Source: Malacoraja senta (taxonomy: Eukaryota). Taken from it: DNA of 39,567 nt. The stretch covers positions 1-39,567 of the forward strand of contig JAXLNO010004914.1 in assembly GCA_038087875.1 (NCBI GenBank), in the 5' to 3' direction. This document shows positions 20,727-32,685 of this stretch, one piece after another. The notes beneath the pieces were generated by a model, which saw only the letters and a program-made list of their open reading frames with translations, was not told where the DNA came from and did no database searches. Each line of letters opens with the position of its first letter. The stretch's first letter is position 1. A program made the position numbers and the translations under genes.

Positions 20727-23700
20727 CTAATCAGGTTCCTGTGCTGAACTATTCTGACCCTTTAAGTAATCAATAAAAGGAGACCATGTTCCTACGAATA
20801 ATTCCTGTTTGTCCAACAGGGAAAATCTGATTCTTTCCACGTTTAAGGTCTCCGTCATTTCTATAATCCACATTTTGATTGTGGGGGCTGTAGGGCCTTT
20901 CCAAAATTTTAGAATTAATTTTTTTCCTGTTATTAAACTATAATCAATAAAGTTTCTTTGTGTTGTTCTAAATGTTTGATTTAATTCTAATATTCCGAGT
21001 ATTATTAATTTTGGATCTGGGTCCAATTGTGTGCTGGTTACTTTAGATATTATACTGAAAATGTTTACCCAGAATTATTTAATTTTTATACAGTTTGTAA
21101 ACATATGAGATAATGTAGCTTCTAAATGTTGACATTTATCACATATAGGTGAGATATGTTGAAAAATTTTATGTCGTTTTGTTTTTGAATAATGTAACCT
21201 ATGTATTACTTTAAATTGTATTAGAGAATGTCTGGCGTTTAGTGAACACTGATGTATGTGTTGCAAACTTTCTTCCCAAGTATCTTTCGTTATTACTTGA
21301 TTTAATTCTTTTTCCCATGTTTGTCTGTGTAAGTCCGTCGAAGGAATGTCACTGTCTAATAAGATATTATATATATAAGATATTAATTTTTCTGTATTAG
21401 GATGTTTGTTCCAACATTCATCAAGAATTTCTGAATTTCTAATTCGAAAATTTTGAGAGTTCGATTTTACATAATCTCTAAGTTGAAGATATCTGAAATA
21501 ATCATTTCCTCGAAGTCCATAAGTCTGTTGCAACTCCTGAAATGTCAGAAAGGTGCCTTCCTTGTAAAGTTGTCCCATATTTTTAATTCCATAATTCTTC
21601 CATTGTGTAAAACCCCCGTCCAACCATGAAGGCTTAAACAAAGGGTTATTCACAATTGGAAGAAAAAGTGATAAATTATCTAATTTTAATGTCTTTTTTA
21701 ATTGTTTCCAAATTCGTATAGCACTAAATATTATAGGGTTTTCCCTATAAATTTTTTTGTTTAATTTAGACGTAGCAAATAATATCGAACCGATATCAAA
21801 AGGTAAACAATCTTCCTTTTCCATTTTTAACCAGTCTGGTTGATGATCTATTTCTTCCAACCAGAAATTCATCTTTTTAATATTAACAGCCCAGAAATAA
21901 AACAAAAAGTTGGGTAAAACCAAGCCTCCATTTATTTTTGATTTACACAAGTGTCTTTTGTTTATCCTATGATTCTTATAATCCCAGATAAAATCATTAA
22001 CAATAGAGTCCAGTTTAAAAAAAAAGTTTTTTGTCAGATATATCGGAATTGTCTGAAAAAGGTATAATATTTGCGGTAAAAAAATCATTTTTATAGCATT
22101 AATTTTGCCAACCATTGAGATAGGAAGTGTTTTCCAGTATTGAATATTCTTATGTAGTTTGTTCAGTAATGGGGGAAAATTTGCTTTAAATAATGATGTA
22201 TATCTCTTAGTTACATAAATACCTAGATATTTAAATTTTTCATTTACTATTTTAAATGGAAATTGTTGTATTATCTGTTTGTTATGTTCCCTTATTGGCA
22301 TAATTTCACTTTTATTCCAATTTATTCTGTATCCTGAAAGTGAACCAAATTGGGTTATTAGCTTTAATAAGTTTGGAATACTAATTTCTGGTTTTGTAAT
22401 GTAAATTAATACATCATCTGCGTATAGAGAAATTTTATTCACTGTGTCCTTTGTGTTATACCCATGTATTTCCGGATGCCCCCTAACTCTTTCTGCCAGT
22501 GGCTCAATAGCAAGCGCAAATAATAATGGAGATAACGGGCATCCTTGTCTACAACCTCTAGATAGGCTAAATTTAGATGACAACCTTTGGTTTGTAAATA
22601 TTCTAGCCGTGGGATTTGTATATAACAGTTTTATCCATGTACAGAATTTCTCCCCTAGCTGCATATTTTCCATCACCGAAAATAAATAAGACCATTCCAC
22701 CTGATCAAATGCTTTTTCAGCGTCAAGTGAGATTATTGCTAGATCTTCGTTAATAATTCTCTTGGAATATATAATATTAAATAATCTTCTTAGATTATAA
22801 TATGAGTACCGTTTCTGAATAAAGCCTGTTTGGTCAGGGTGTATTAATTTATTCATCACTGTACTTAATCTATGCGCTAGTATTTTAGTTAATATTTTCT
22901 GATCTGTATTTACATAGATACATAGAAAATAGGTGCAGGAGTAGGCCATTCGGTCCTTCGAGCCTGCACCGCCATTCAATACGATCATGGCTGATCATCC
23001 AACTCAGTATCCCGTACCTGCCTTCTCTCCATACCCCCTGATCCCTTTAGCCACAAGGGCCACATCTAATTCCCTCTTAAATATAGCCAATGAACTGGCC
23101 TCAACTACCCTCTGTGGCAGAGAGTTCCAGAGATTCACCACTCTCTGTGTGAAAAAGTGCAATTGCTCTGTATGATCCCGGGTCTTCCGGATCTTTATCA
23201 GCTTTAGGAATAAGTGTTATTATGGATTAATTTAAAGTGTCTGGAAGTTTCTGTTGAGTATAGATATATTCATACAGTCTTTGTAAACGTGGGCAAAGCA
23301 AATCATAAAATTTTTTATAAAATTCGGAGCCTAAACCATCTGGTCCAACTGCTTTACCATTTTTTAAAGAACCAATAGACGCCTCAATATCCTTTATCGT
23401 AATCTCCCTTTCTAATAATTCTCTATCGTTTGAATCTAAACCTTTTAAATTACATTTTAGTAAAAAATCTGCTATTCCTTCTGATTGTGCTACGGTTTTA
23501 GTTGAATAAAGGTTATAATAGTATTGGAGAAATCTATCATTTATGTCCTTGGGCATTTTTAATAATTCTCCTGTCTGTTCTAATTTTATGAATTATTTTT
23601 TCCCCTTCCATTTTTCGTAACTGACGTGCTAATAATTTTTGTGGTTTGTCTCCAAATTCAAAATGTAATTGTTTGGTTTTTTGATAAAGTTTTATTACTT

Positions 23701-24781
23701 GTTCTGAATACATTTTATTTAATTTATATTTCAATACAACAATTTTATTATGTTTTAAAGTAGATGGCATTCTCGCATTTTCTATATCTAGTTGCTTGAT
23801 TTCGCTTTCCAATGTTTGTTGCTTAATCCTGTTCTCTTTATTATAAAATGCTTGAGCAGAAATTAATGTACCTCGAACATACGCTTTAAACGTTTCCCAC
23901 ATAAGAGAAGTAGGTGTGTCAGGGTTGTCATTTACCTCAAAAAATATTTGAATCTGTTTAATAATATGTTCCTGGCATGATCTTTCATTCAAAATTTGTG
24001 GGTTAAATCTCCAACATGCTTGTTTCTCGGACATTCCATTCAATTTAATCATGAATGTTACAGGTGCGTGATCTGAGATTATAATGTTATGGTATTTTAA
24101 ATTATAAATAAATGGGATAAACGTAGAGTCAACTAAAAAATAATCTATTCTTGAGTATGTTTTATGTACTGGTGAGTAAAATGAATATTCCCGTCCAGTT
24201 GGGTTTTCTATTCTCCAGACATCCTTAATATTAGAGGTATTAATAAATGAATTTAGAAATACACTTGATTGAGATTTTACTTTTTTTTGCCTTGATGATC
24301 TATCTAAGTATGAATCTAATGTACAATTGAAGTCTCCTCCAATTATTAATTTATATTGTGTAAATTCAGGAATTTTATTAAATGTTTTATTAAAAAACAT
24401 GGGGTTATCAAAATTAGGCCCATATACATTCAGAAGAATCACTTTTTCTCCATGTAACTCTCCAACTAATATAATATATCTACCATCAATATCCACTATT
24501 GTTGAAGAGTTCGTAAAAGGTATTCCTTTACGAATTAATATTGCAACTCCTCTGGACTTGTGGGAAAAGGAGGAATGATATGATTCAGCGATCCACTTAG
24601 CTTTAAGTCTATGTTGAGATTCCTTTTTAAGGTGTGTTTCTTGAAGAAATATTACATCTGTTTTGATTAAATTTAGATGTGCCAAAACTTTACCTCTCTT
24701 AATTGGTTCATTGATTCCCTTGACATTCCAACTACAAAATGTTATTCCCTGACCCCCTCTTGTCATATTAACATCTTGCAT
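20727..24781 (-). pseudogene. L1 element B ORF2 (APE-RT-CCHC)
   Basis: SWNVKGIN, LQETHL, NVYGPN, GGDFN, YSRIDYF, SDHAPV; SLDAEKAFDQVEW, RQGCPLSPLLF, LYADD, KYLG; CDKC...HMFTNC. Broken by one frameshift (about 23560), stops at 23227 and 21075, and a CR1 insertion. Confidence 0.93.
22912..23152 (-). mobile_element. 5'-truncated CR1 3' end (about 241 bp) inserted into L1-B ORF2
   Basis: ACATAGATACATAGAAAATAGGTGCAGGAGTAGGCCATTCGG CR1 tail. Removing it restores GSYRAIALLNTDQKIL. Confidence 0.9.
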
Positions 24782-25794
24782 ATTGTTTCTAAGGTGGTCT
24801 ATAACCGAGCAGAAGGTACAACACAGAGAACCTGACCCTGCTCCCGAACCTCAAATAGATGAATTTAAAATCATATACATCGCTCTTCCGAACACATCTC
24901 CTTGTATTAGTCTTATTTTTCCATTCAAACATTAAATTATAAAAATATTTAAAGTGAAAAAAGTGATAGAGTTGATTAGTATAGGGTGAAAGAAAAAGAA
25001 CTACATCTACAATTAGTGTAGTTAGTGATAGCCACACAAACGTGGCTAGAATTCTAAAGACTTCCGTAGCCTTTGTAAGAAAAAAAAAAATTCCCAGCTC
25101 CGTGCCCGAAGAAAAAAAAAGATTATTTCTAACATTCAAATAACTTCTTTGGGAGTAACAAACTTATTTACATACCCATACGTACACACACACAATATAC
25201 ATATATATATATATATATATATACCCATATGTATACATACATAAGCACGTAACCCTGCAGAACAGCAAAAATTCACAACGTTATTATTCTCTACCTATCA
25301 TATTAATTTTTTCGCTAAATCTATAAATTTAATTTTAAATTGAAAAATAAAGAGAAAAACCGTCAAACTTTATTATGACGTAGGCTAATTTACCTCTTAC
25401 ATATCTTCCTATATAATATAAGTATGTAATTCATTTCTACGTTAATCGAAGACTATTAATTATTAATCATTGTTATCAATCATATACAGTATTAAATTTT
25501 TATGAGAAATATTAATGTTAATAATTTTAATGGTAATATGGATATTTAATAAGTATTAGTTGTTACATATATAGTTAGATATGAATATACAGATAATAAT
25601 AATGATTAGTAAACAAAAAACAAAAAAAACAAATTTTTATTTTAAAAAAAAATTACAAAGATCACGGTTTTATCCAATGTCCTCCGTCCATTTCGGTTTC
25701 CGAATGTCCTTAAAGCTCTTAAAAGAACTTTAAAGGTCCTTTTAAATCTGGCAGTCCTGTTGGTCCTTGACTCCTAAGGAGTAATGTAAATTCT

Positions 25795-26835
25795 TCAGTC
25801 TATGGTCATGTTACCGACTTCTTTGGCATATTCCAGTGCTTTTTCGTGGTCTGTAAAAATGTGCTCCTTGGACTTGTGGGAGACTCTTAGTCTTGCGGGA
25901 TAAAGCAAGCCGTATCTCAAATCAGGTACATTCTTCAGTATTCTTTTTGTCTCAGTGAACAGCGCTCTTTTCTTGAAGACTTCTGCCGGATAATCTCGGT
26001 AAATACTGAATCTCACACCTTCAAAATGGAGTTGTCCGCCTCGAACAGTTTTCTTCATTATATCGTCAAATTCATGATCCAGTTGCACCTTTACAATAAT
26101 TTGTCTTGGATGGGCATCGTCTTGTGTACGACATCGCTGCGCTCTATGAGCTCGACCGAGTGAAGGTTTGTGATCCAATTTTAAGGCTTTTTGTAATAGG
26201 TCTGCCACAAAATCCCGAGTGCCCATTTCCCTCTCACTTCCTTCTTTCACCCCTACAATTCTTAGATTCTTACGTCTTTGACGCCCCTCCAAATCGGTAC
26301 ATTTATCACTTAATTTGATCACCATATCGGAGAGGCGTTGGTTTTCAGTAAGAAGTCAACTTACAGTTTCCTCACTTGTCGCCGCCCATTTCTCAAGTTC
26401 GGTTATCGCTGTTCTATGTTGATCAAGTACGTGATGAATGGGGTCCACCTCCGTTTTAACCTTCGTTTCCACCGAAACGAGCCTGGCTTCCAGCACTTCC
26501 ATCTGATCCTTGACCTCTTCCTCCCTCGTCCTCTTCCAGATTTCCAGCATTTGTTGAACGGTAGAATGCATTTCTGCTTTAAAATCTACCTTAAAAGAGT
26601 CGAGTTGCTCTTTAAAATTCTCTCCAAAGATTTTCATTTCGGCAGCGAGAAAGGTTTTAAGATCCTCCATTTCAGACTTTTTCTGTTTCATTTTCTTCGG
26701 AGGGTCTTCCTGGGTTTCCTGGGCCGTCGTTGTAACTGAGGCCGAGGCCTCTGTAGGGCCTTCCTCTTCCATCTGCGGTTTCCCTTTAACGTCTTTTTTT
26801 TGTGTCACCCGGGTGGGGGTACGTTGTAACGACAT
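25795..26835 (-). pseudogene. L1 element B ORF1, single in-frame stop at 26356-26358
   Basis: MSLQRTPTRVTQKK...EETVS*LLTENQRLSDMVIKLSDKCTDLEGRQRRKNLRIVGVKEG...RAHR...FSIYRDYP...YGLLYPARLRV. Confidence 0.9.
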
Positions 26836-26856
26836 ACCGTAAAGTAGCGCGCCTGA

Positions 26857-26987
26857 TGACGTCACGCAGGCAGCCGTTCAGATCGCGATCGCTGCAGGTA
26901 AGACCCGATTTTCTCCCGTTTTTAGTTTCTTCGGCACGGAGCTAGTTGGCGCTGGACTCAAGCCTCCATAGCGCCACCGGAAGTCTC
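26857..26987 (-). promoter_or_regulatory. L1-B internal promoter region (CpG-rich 5' UTR)
   Basis: ETS core CCGGAAGT near the 5' terminus and CRE TGACGTCA at 26857-26864; high CpG density against the AT-rich element body. Confidence 0.55.
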
Positions 26988-28701
26988 TCTTGACCCTATT
27001 TGTGTCATCAACCATTTGTCCCAATAATTTGCTTGAGCCATTGAATGCTTTCAGTCTTCTGTTTTTAGTTGCTGATTCCATTAGCTACAGTCATTATTGG
27101 ATAGAATATATTTTGTTTTAACACTGCATTTAGTCTGAGACACAGCACCAATAAATGTTGTTACATAACGTTTGGTTATTTGATGATGTCAAAAAGTCTT
27201 GATTGTATGTACTTTGTACATTTCTAATCTAATGCAAAGAATTTATCATCCATATGAATATAAAATTGTCCACAGTGATTGGTGGCACAGTGATCAAGTT
27301 AATTTTATGTGGCTCATTTGGTATAAGTTCTGCTCTTGAGATTTCACCCAATAATAGTTGCCTGTAGAATGTGCTTGATGAATAGACCATTGAGTATAAG
27401 ATTTTTGGAAATAGATTGGCATGAAATCCAAGTAAATACATTGGATTGCACCCTGTTTTAGAGTGGCCATGTTGCGAAGTAAAGGCAAGATATATGGAAT
27501 ATGCAAGATATAACATGAAAGATATAATATGCAAGGCGCAAAATTAAATTGTTGTTAAGAAAATGTAGGGCCTCCATTTATTTGCAACAGCATCAATCAC
27601 AGTTATCTTACGCCAAAGTTGATTTTGTATTTTTTAAAGAATGAATGGGAACAAAATGATCAAAAATGAATTGGCAGTCAAAGTAATACAAGGTTGCAGT
27701 GGAGACAAGTGTGTAGGAACAGGCCACTCTGCCGATCCTGCCAATACTGGTGCATATGGTCCACATGAGCCTCTTCCCACCTTATGCGATCTGCAACATG
27801 GTTGGCAAGTCTGTGCTGGATTCTCCAATGTAGAACCGACTGTTCTTTTCTCTTTTGTGTTTGCCCAGCCTTCCCCTAAATGCAATTCATTGATCTGGAT
27901 CCTCATTCTCACCAGTATTGGGTGGGAGGGGAGGAGAGGGAGCATTCTCTGTAGAATTCCCTGCTGGATTTTATGGTGGAAATGTTTTCACCATAGTGAT
28001 TCATTTAAAAGCTTTATGTATTTTAATATCTCCCTTCAGCCACTTCTCAAAGGGGTGGAGGGCAGGGTGTGAACGACTTACCCAGGGACATTCGATGACC
28101 GTGTTTTGTTTATTTTATCCAAACATTTTTAAATATAGATTAATATATTATTATTTTTTTGTATCTTGGGTAAGCACATTGAAATAGCAATGGATGGCAT
28201 GTTCAGAAAATTATTTCTGATTTGTCCTCGCTTTGTGAACACCAAACCAATGTATGCATCTGTCTTATCTGCAAAAAGGCATTGGCACCAGGGTCTCGGT
28301 TCCTTTTAAGCATCCCAGTTATCATGTTCTTCGATGCAGAGGAAATGTGGCCACGATAAATACAAAAATGTTGAAATGTAGAATATAAAAGTAATAGGAA
28401 TTCAGGCATTTGAGCCTCAACTATTATTCCATGTGATCAATTGTGACCTAAAATGTATACCTTGATCCTTTTATTTCTCTGATGCTTTGACCATACAAAT
28501 AACATATAACTCCTTGTATAAATTCAATGATCTGTGTTCAACTGCTTCCAGTGGTATAACATTCCACACCTTCATCATTCTGTGGGAGAAGTAATCGCTC
28601 TTCATCTCAACTTGAAGCCTGATCATCAGATTGTGACCACTGGGTCCTGAACTGACCGGATTTCCCTCTTGAATATATGTATGCGTACTTTTCTACACAT
28701 A

Positions 28702-28760
28702 TATGTGTGTGTGTGTGTGTGTGTACCTGTGACTATGTGTATATATATATATATATATAT
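28702..28760. repeat. (TG)n/(TA)n compound microsatellite
   Basis: Directly visible dinucleotide runs. Confidence 0.9.
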
Positions 28761-29193
28761 GTGCACATTGATTTTGTTTTTCTCTTTCTCGTTTTTCATA
28801 TTGTTTACCATGTACTATGTTTACATATTCCATTGTGCTGCAGCGAGTAAGAATTTCATTATACTATCTGGGACATATGACAATAAAACAATCTTGACTC
28901 TCTTCAATCTGTACAGACCCATAAGAATGTTGTAGTTGATTTTGAATGGTCCTAATCACAATGTAAAACTAATCGCCCAAATCGCCCTTCATACATTCGT
29001 CCTCCCATCCCTGAAATCTGATGAACCTTCACAGCACTCCCTCCATAACAAGAACATTCTTCCTAAGATCAGGAGACTAAAACTGCAGATGCCATGGTCT
29101 TGGCAAGCACATTTCTCAGAATAACATGATGTATCTTTAGAAAGGGATAAGGAGGAATCTCAAGAGTCAGAGGAACATATTAAGTTCTTGGAG

Positions 29194-29733
29194 CTGAACT
29201 GAACTGAACTGAACTGAACTTTATTTATAGAGCACTTTAAAAACAACCACTGTTGCAACAAAGTGCTGTACATGACTAATCATAAACATAAAACAAAACA
29301 ATAAAAACATTAAAAGACAGTAAAAACAATAAAAAAAACAATAGAAACACTAAAACAGGAGCAAAGTTTCATGCGGGGTCAAAAGCCAAGGAATAGAAAA
29401 GGGTTTTAAGACTAGTTTTGATAATGGACAGTGAAGGGGCCTGTCTAATGTGCAAAGGTAGAGTGTTCCATAATGCCGGAGCAGCAACAGAGAAGGTTCT
29501 ATCCCCTCTGAGCTTCCGCTTAGACCTCGGTCCCTCCAGGAGCAGCTGATCAGCTGACCTGAGGCACCGAGCAGGAGCGTAGGGATGAAGCAGCTCAGAG
29601 AGGTAAGGCGGGGCGAGACCATTTAAAGATTTAAAAACAAATAAAAGAATCTTAAAATGAACTCTAAAGTACACAGGCAGCCAGTGGAGGGAGGCCAGAA
29701 TAGGCGTTATGTGCTCCCTCTTACGAGCTCTGG
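29194..29733 (-). mobile_element. 5'-truncated L2 LINE 3' end with (GTTCA)n tail
   Basis: RKREHITPILASLHWLPVYFRVHFKILLFVFKSLNGLAPPYLSELL...RSADQLLL...GDRTFSVAAPALWN; AAAGTGCTCTATAAATAAAAGTTCAGTTCAG tail. Confidence 0.9.
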
Positions 29734-31531
29734 AAAATGATCAATCTTTGAATGGAAGAATGGATAGGGAGGCTGCTCACTTTGCTGGAGGGTTTGAGAG
29801 CGGACAAGGAATTCTATGCAACGTGCGTTTGGAATTTCAAGTGTATGGCATGTAGATGTTGTGTAGTTGGGTCCATTATGCCCTTAATGCACTGGAAAAG
29901 GTAAACGGGGTTTTCACCTAAGATTACATTTTCTGCTAACAGCACTTTATGGTAAGCAAGTAGGCTGGCTTTGGGGAACAATTAGATGATTGAGGGCTCA
30001 CTTAGAATAACTGGGAAATTATGGAGCAGCCTACAAGGATATTTAGTGTAGCTAAAGGATAAGTTAAACCTTTCTTTTCTCCGAGACATGCAAGAATAGC
30101 TCGGTGCTTGATTTAATGCAGAACCTTTGAAGGACAGTGGCTGGGCCGCAAGATCTCTATACCAGCCATCATAAATAGGAGTCTCCAATGGGCAGAAGAC
30201 TGTGAGACTTGATGGTATTTGCCACGGCTTCTATCATTTAACACATTGAGCTGAAAGCCATGAGATTCGTTGCTTTTTTAATGCTTTGTCTTGTAATTTG
30301 ATGTAATAAAGATAGTCATTTGTACCCCTGCAATTTTCTTTCTCCGTTCATTGATCCAAATCCTATTTATGTTTCATTACAAAGAGAGAATTGGATAAAC
30401 TAATTGTGCGCAAAAACATGCAAAACTACAGTCGAAGGGCTGGGGTTGAACAAGTGATTTTCTCCAGTAGAGAGGTGGCATTGGCCTGATAGGATGAATG
30501 GTCCCCATCAGCACAGTAAACATTTAAATGATCCATTGATTTGTATTTATCATTGTATATCAAATAAACTTAGGGATACGGAAGAAATATTTTGGCCTGT
30601 TTATATGGTGCAAAATAACCCACCCCAGAACAATAAATAGTTGTGAATTTACACTTAATATTACCTGTTACTGAAGCAGAGTGCAGAGGTTCTCAAATTC
30701 ATTTAAGAAATTGTATTAAGGCGACTGTATAGAAAATGGTGGGTATTGCTTGGCTGCAAGATGGGAGTAGTATTGTAGTGGTAGTGATGAGGTGTTTTGA
30801 TGCCAGTGATCATAATTTAGCATGATTAAAGTAGAATGTACACTAGGAACGCAGGTTTGCAGCTGAGGTGAAAACATTTCCAAGACTGCAACATAATTTA
30901 ACAGAAATGTAATACAAAATGTAATAAAATAGGGCAAATGAATGGTAACAGTTAACAGATCTCTGGGGATACTAGAAACTGCAGATGTTGGATCGTTGAG
31001 CAAAACTGTTGGAGGAACACAGTGGGTCAGGCAACATCTGTGGGATGGAATGAACCAACGACATTTCAGGCTGGAACTCTTGTTCAGACTGGTGACTTCA
31101 AAACATTGTCAGTCGATTCCCACCACAGATGCTGCCTGACACACTGAATTCGTCATGTAGTTTGTTTTTAACACACCAGCTGGAAAGAGTCCAGAGTAGA
31201 TTTACAAGGAGACTTGATAGTGGCATTTGAAGACTTTAGAAAGGCATAGATATGCAGGGAAAGGAGGGATATGGAACATGTGTTGGTGGAGGAGATTAGA
31301 TCAACTTGGCATCACGTTCGGAACAGAAGGTGTGGGCCCAAGGGCCTGTTCCTATGCTGAACTGTTCTGCAAGTCAGTGAGTGTATGTTCAGGGAGGGTG
31401 AGGTTGAGAAGGCTCTGATTTCATTCCTTAGAGTGCAGGAGGATGGGGTGATCTGAAAGAGGTTTACAAAATTATGAGATCAATCAATCAGGTAAATGCG
31501 CATGAGTTTTTTTTAAAGGTAAACGGGGTTT

Positions 31532-32680
31532 TTAGTGTCAGTTAATGTCAATTAACGTGTGCGTACATATGTGCATATTGGTCATTCACTGTCTCTCAGG
31601 TTATGGCATGCTGTTACGTATTGTGCACCAAGATGTGCCATACTTCCTTCACCAAGGATTATTCTTAGTTTTGATGTATCATCTAGTTCTTTAAAATCAG
31701 GGGTTGCCAGACTGAGTTTGTCAAAGTATGTTTTCCTTGTTTTGTCAAATTCTTTGCATTTTAGGAGGAAGTGCACCTCTGTTTCAACCTCATCTATTAA
31801 ACAGTGGCCGCATATTCTGCTTTCTCTTGGTTGCCAGAATCTCTTCTGTCTTCCTTTTTCAACTGCCAAATAGTGGTCGCTTAACCTGTATTTGGTGAGG
31901 GTCTGCCTCTGCTTTATATCTCTAATAGTTGAGAGATAGTCTGCAAATTTATAATCTATTTTTAGGGCACGGTAACATTCTAATCTGCTTTGGCTTTTGG
32001 TTTCTTTATCCCAATGTTCCAAATACATTTCTTTACATTGTTTGATAATTTGGTTCACTCTAACTGGTGATTGGGGATCAGTATTGATCTGAGGCTGGTA
32101 AGGATTTAACTGGATAGGGTTTAACTGAATAGGGGTAGTTACTCAGTAGCAACTGACACAGGGAACTCTTTTCTGGGCTCCCCTCTTGTGTTTTAAGGGC
32201 TTTAAACTGGAGGGCATCTGGGGGGCTAGATTTAAGGTGATTCCAAAAATGTAGTGCTCTTTTTTGGATATTTATTATCAGCGGGTATCTGCCTAATTCC
32301 GCCCTGCATGCGTTTGTTGGTGTTTTCCTTTGGATGCGGAGGATGTTCCGACAAAATTCCGCATGCAGGGCCTCCGTTGTATGTTTTTCCCATTTACTAT
32401 TACTATGGTGACTGAGTGGACCCCATACTTCACTACCATAAAGCGCAATAGGCTGGAGTACACTGTCACATATTTTAAGCCAGATTTTAATTGGAATTTG
32501 GATGTTGTAGAATCTTCTTTTTATTGCATACAGAGCTCTTTGAGCTTTCTCTTTTAGTGCATTCACTGCCATATTGAAGCTCCCTGATGCTGCAACAGTT
32601 AGACCAAGGTAAGTATAGCTCATAGTGTGTTCGATAATAATACCATTGAGAGTAAATTTGCATTTATTTAACAACGGTTC
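31532..32680 (-). mobile_element. Non-LTR retrotransposon ORF2 C-terminal fragment, probably RTE-X clade
   Basis: YTYLGLT...KAQRALYAIK...PIALYGSEVWG...LHAEFCRNILRIQRKTPTNACRAELGRYPL and RICGHC...ETEVHFLLKC. One frameshift. The clade label is from memory of similar fish elements. Confidence 0.7.
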
Positions 32681-32685
32681 TGAAC

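Larger units (their letters stand above)
20545..26987 (-). mobile_element. L1 element B, full length (6443 bp including a CR1 insert), 16-bp TSD
   Basis: TCTTGACCCTATTTGT at 20529-20544 and 26988-27003. 5' end GAGACTTCCGGTGGCGCTATGG; ORF1; about 1-kb spacer; ORF2; A-rich tail. Confidence 0.95.

Noticed and set aside
22905-22915. CR1 insert at a TTT/AAAA site suggesting mobilisation by L1 endonuclease
   Set aside because: The CR1 orientation is opposite to that expected from priming at this nick, and there is no poly(A) tail or TSD
21075-22988. 637-aa ORF as an independent gene
   Set aside because: It is L1-B ORF2; its apparent N-terminus is read from the inserted CR1 fragment
28203-28409. 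HISSASKNMITGMLKRN resembling kinase subdomain XI
   Set aside because: No acceptor AG upstream on -, no other kinase motifs, and the invariant Arg spacing is not matched
30110-30230. Exon-like stretches on both strands (TFEGQWLGRKISIPAIINRSLQWAED on +; FCPLETPIYDGWYRDLAAQPLSFK on -)
   Set aside because: No recognisable family, weak splice signals and no partner exons found; would need RNA-seq or tblastx
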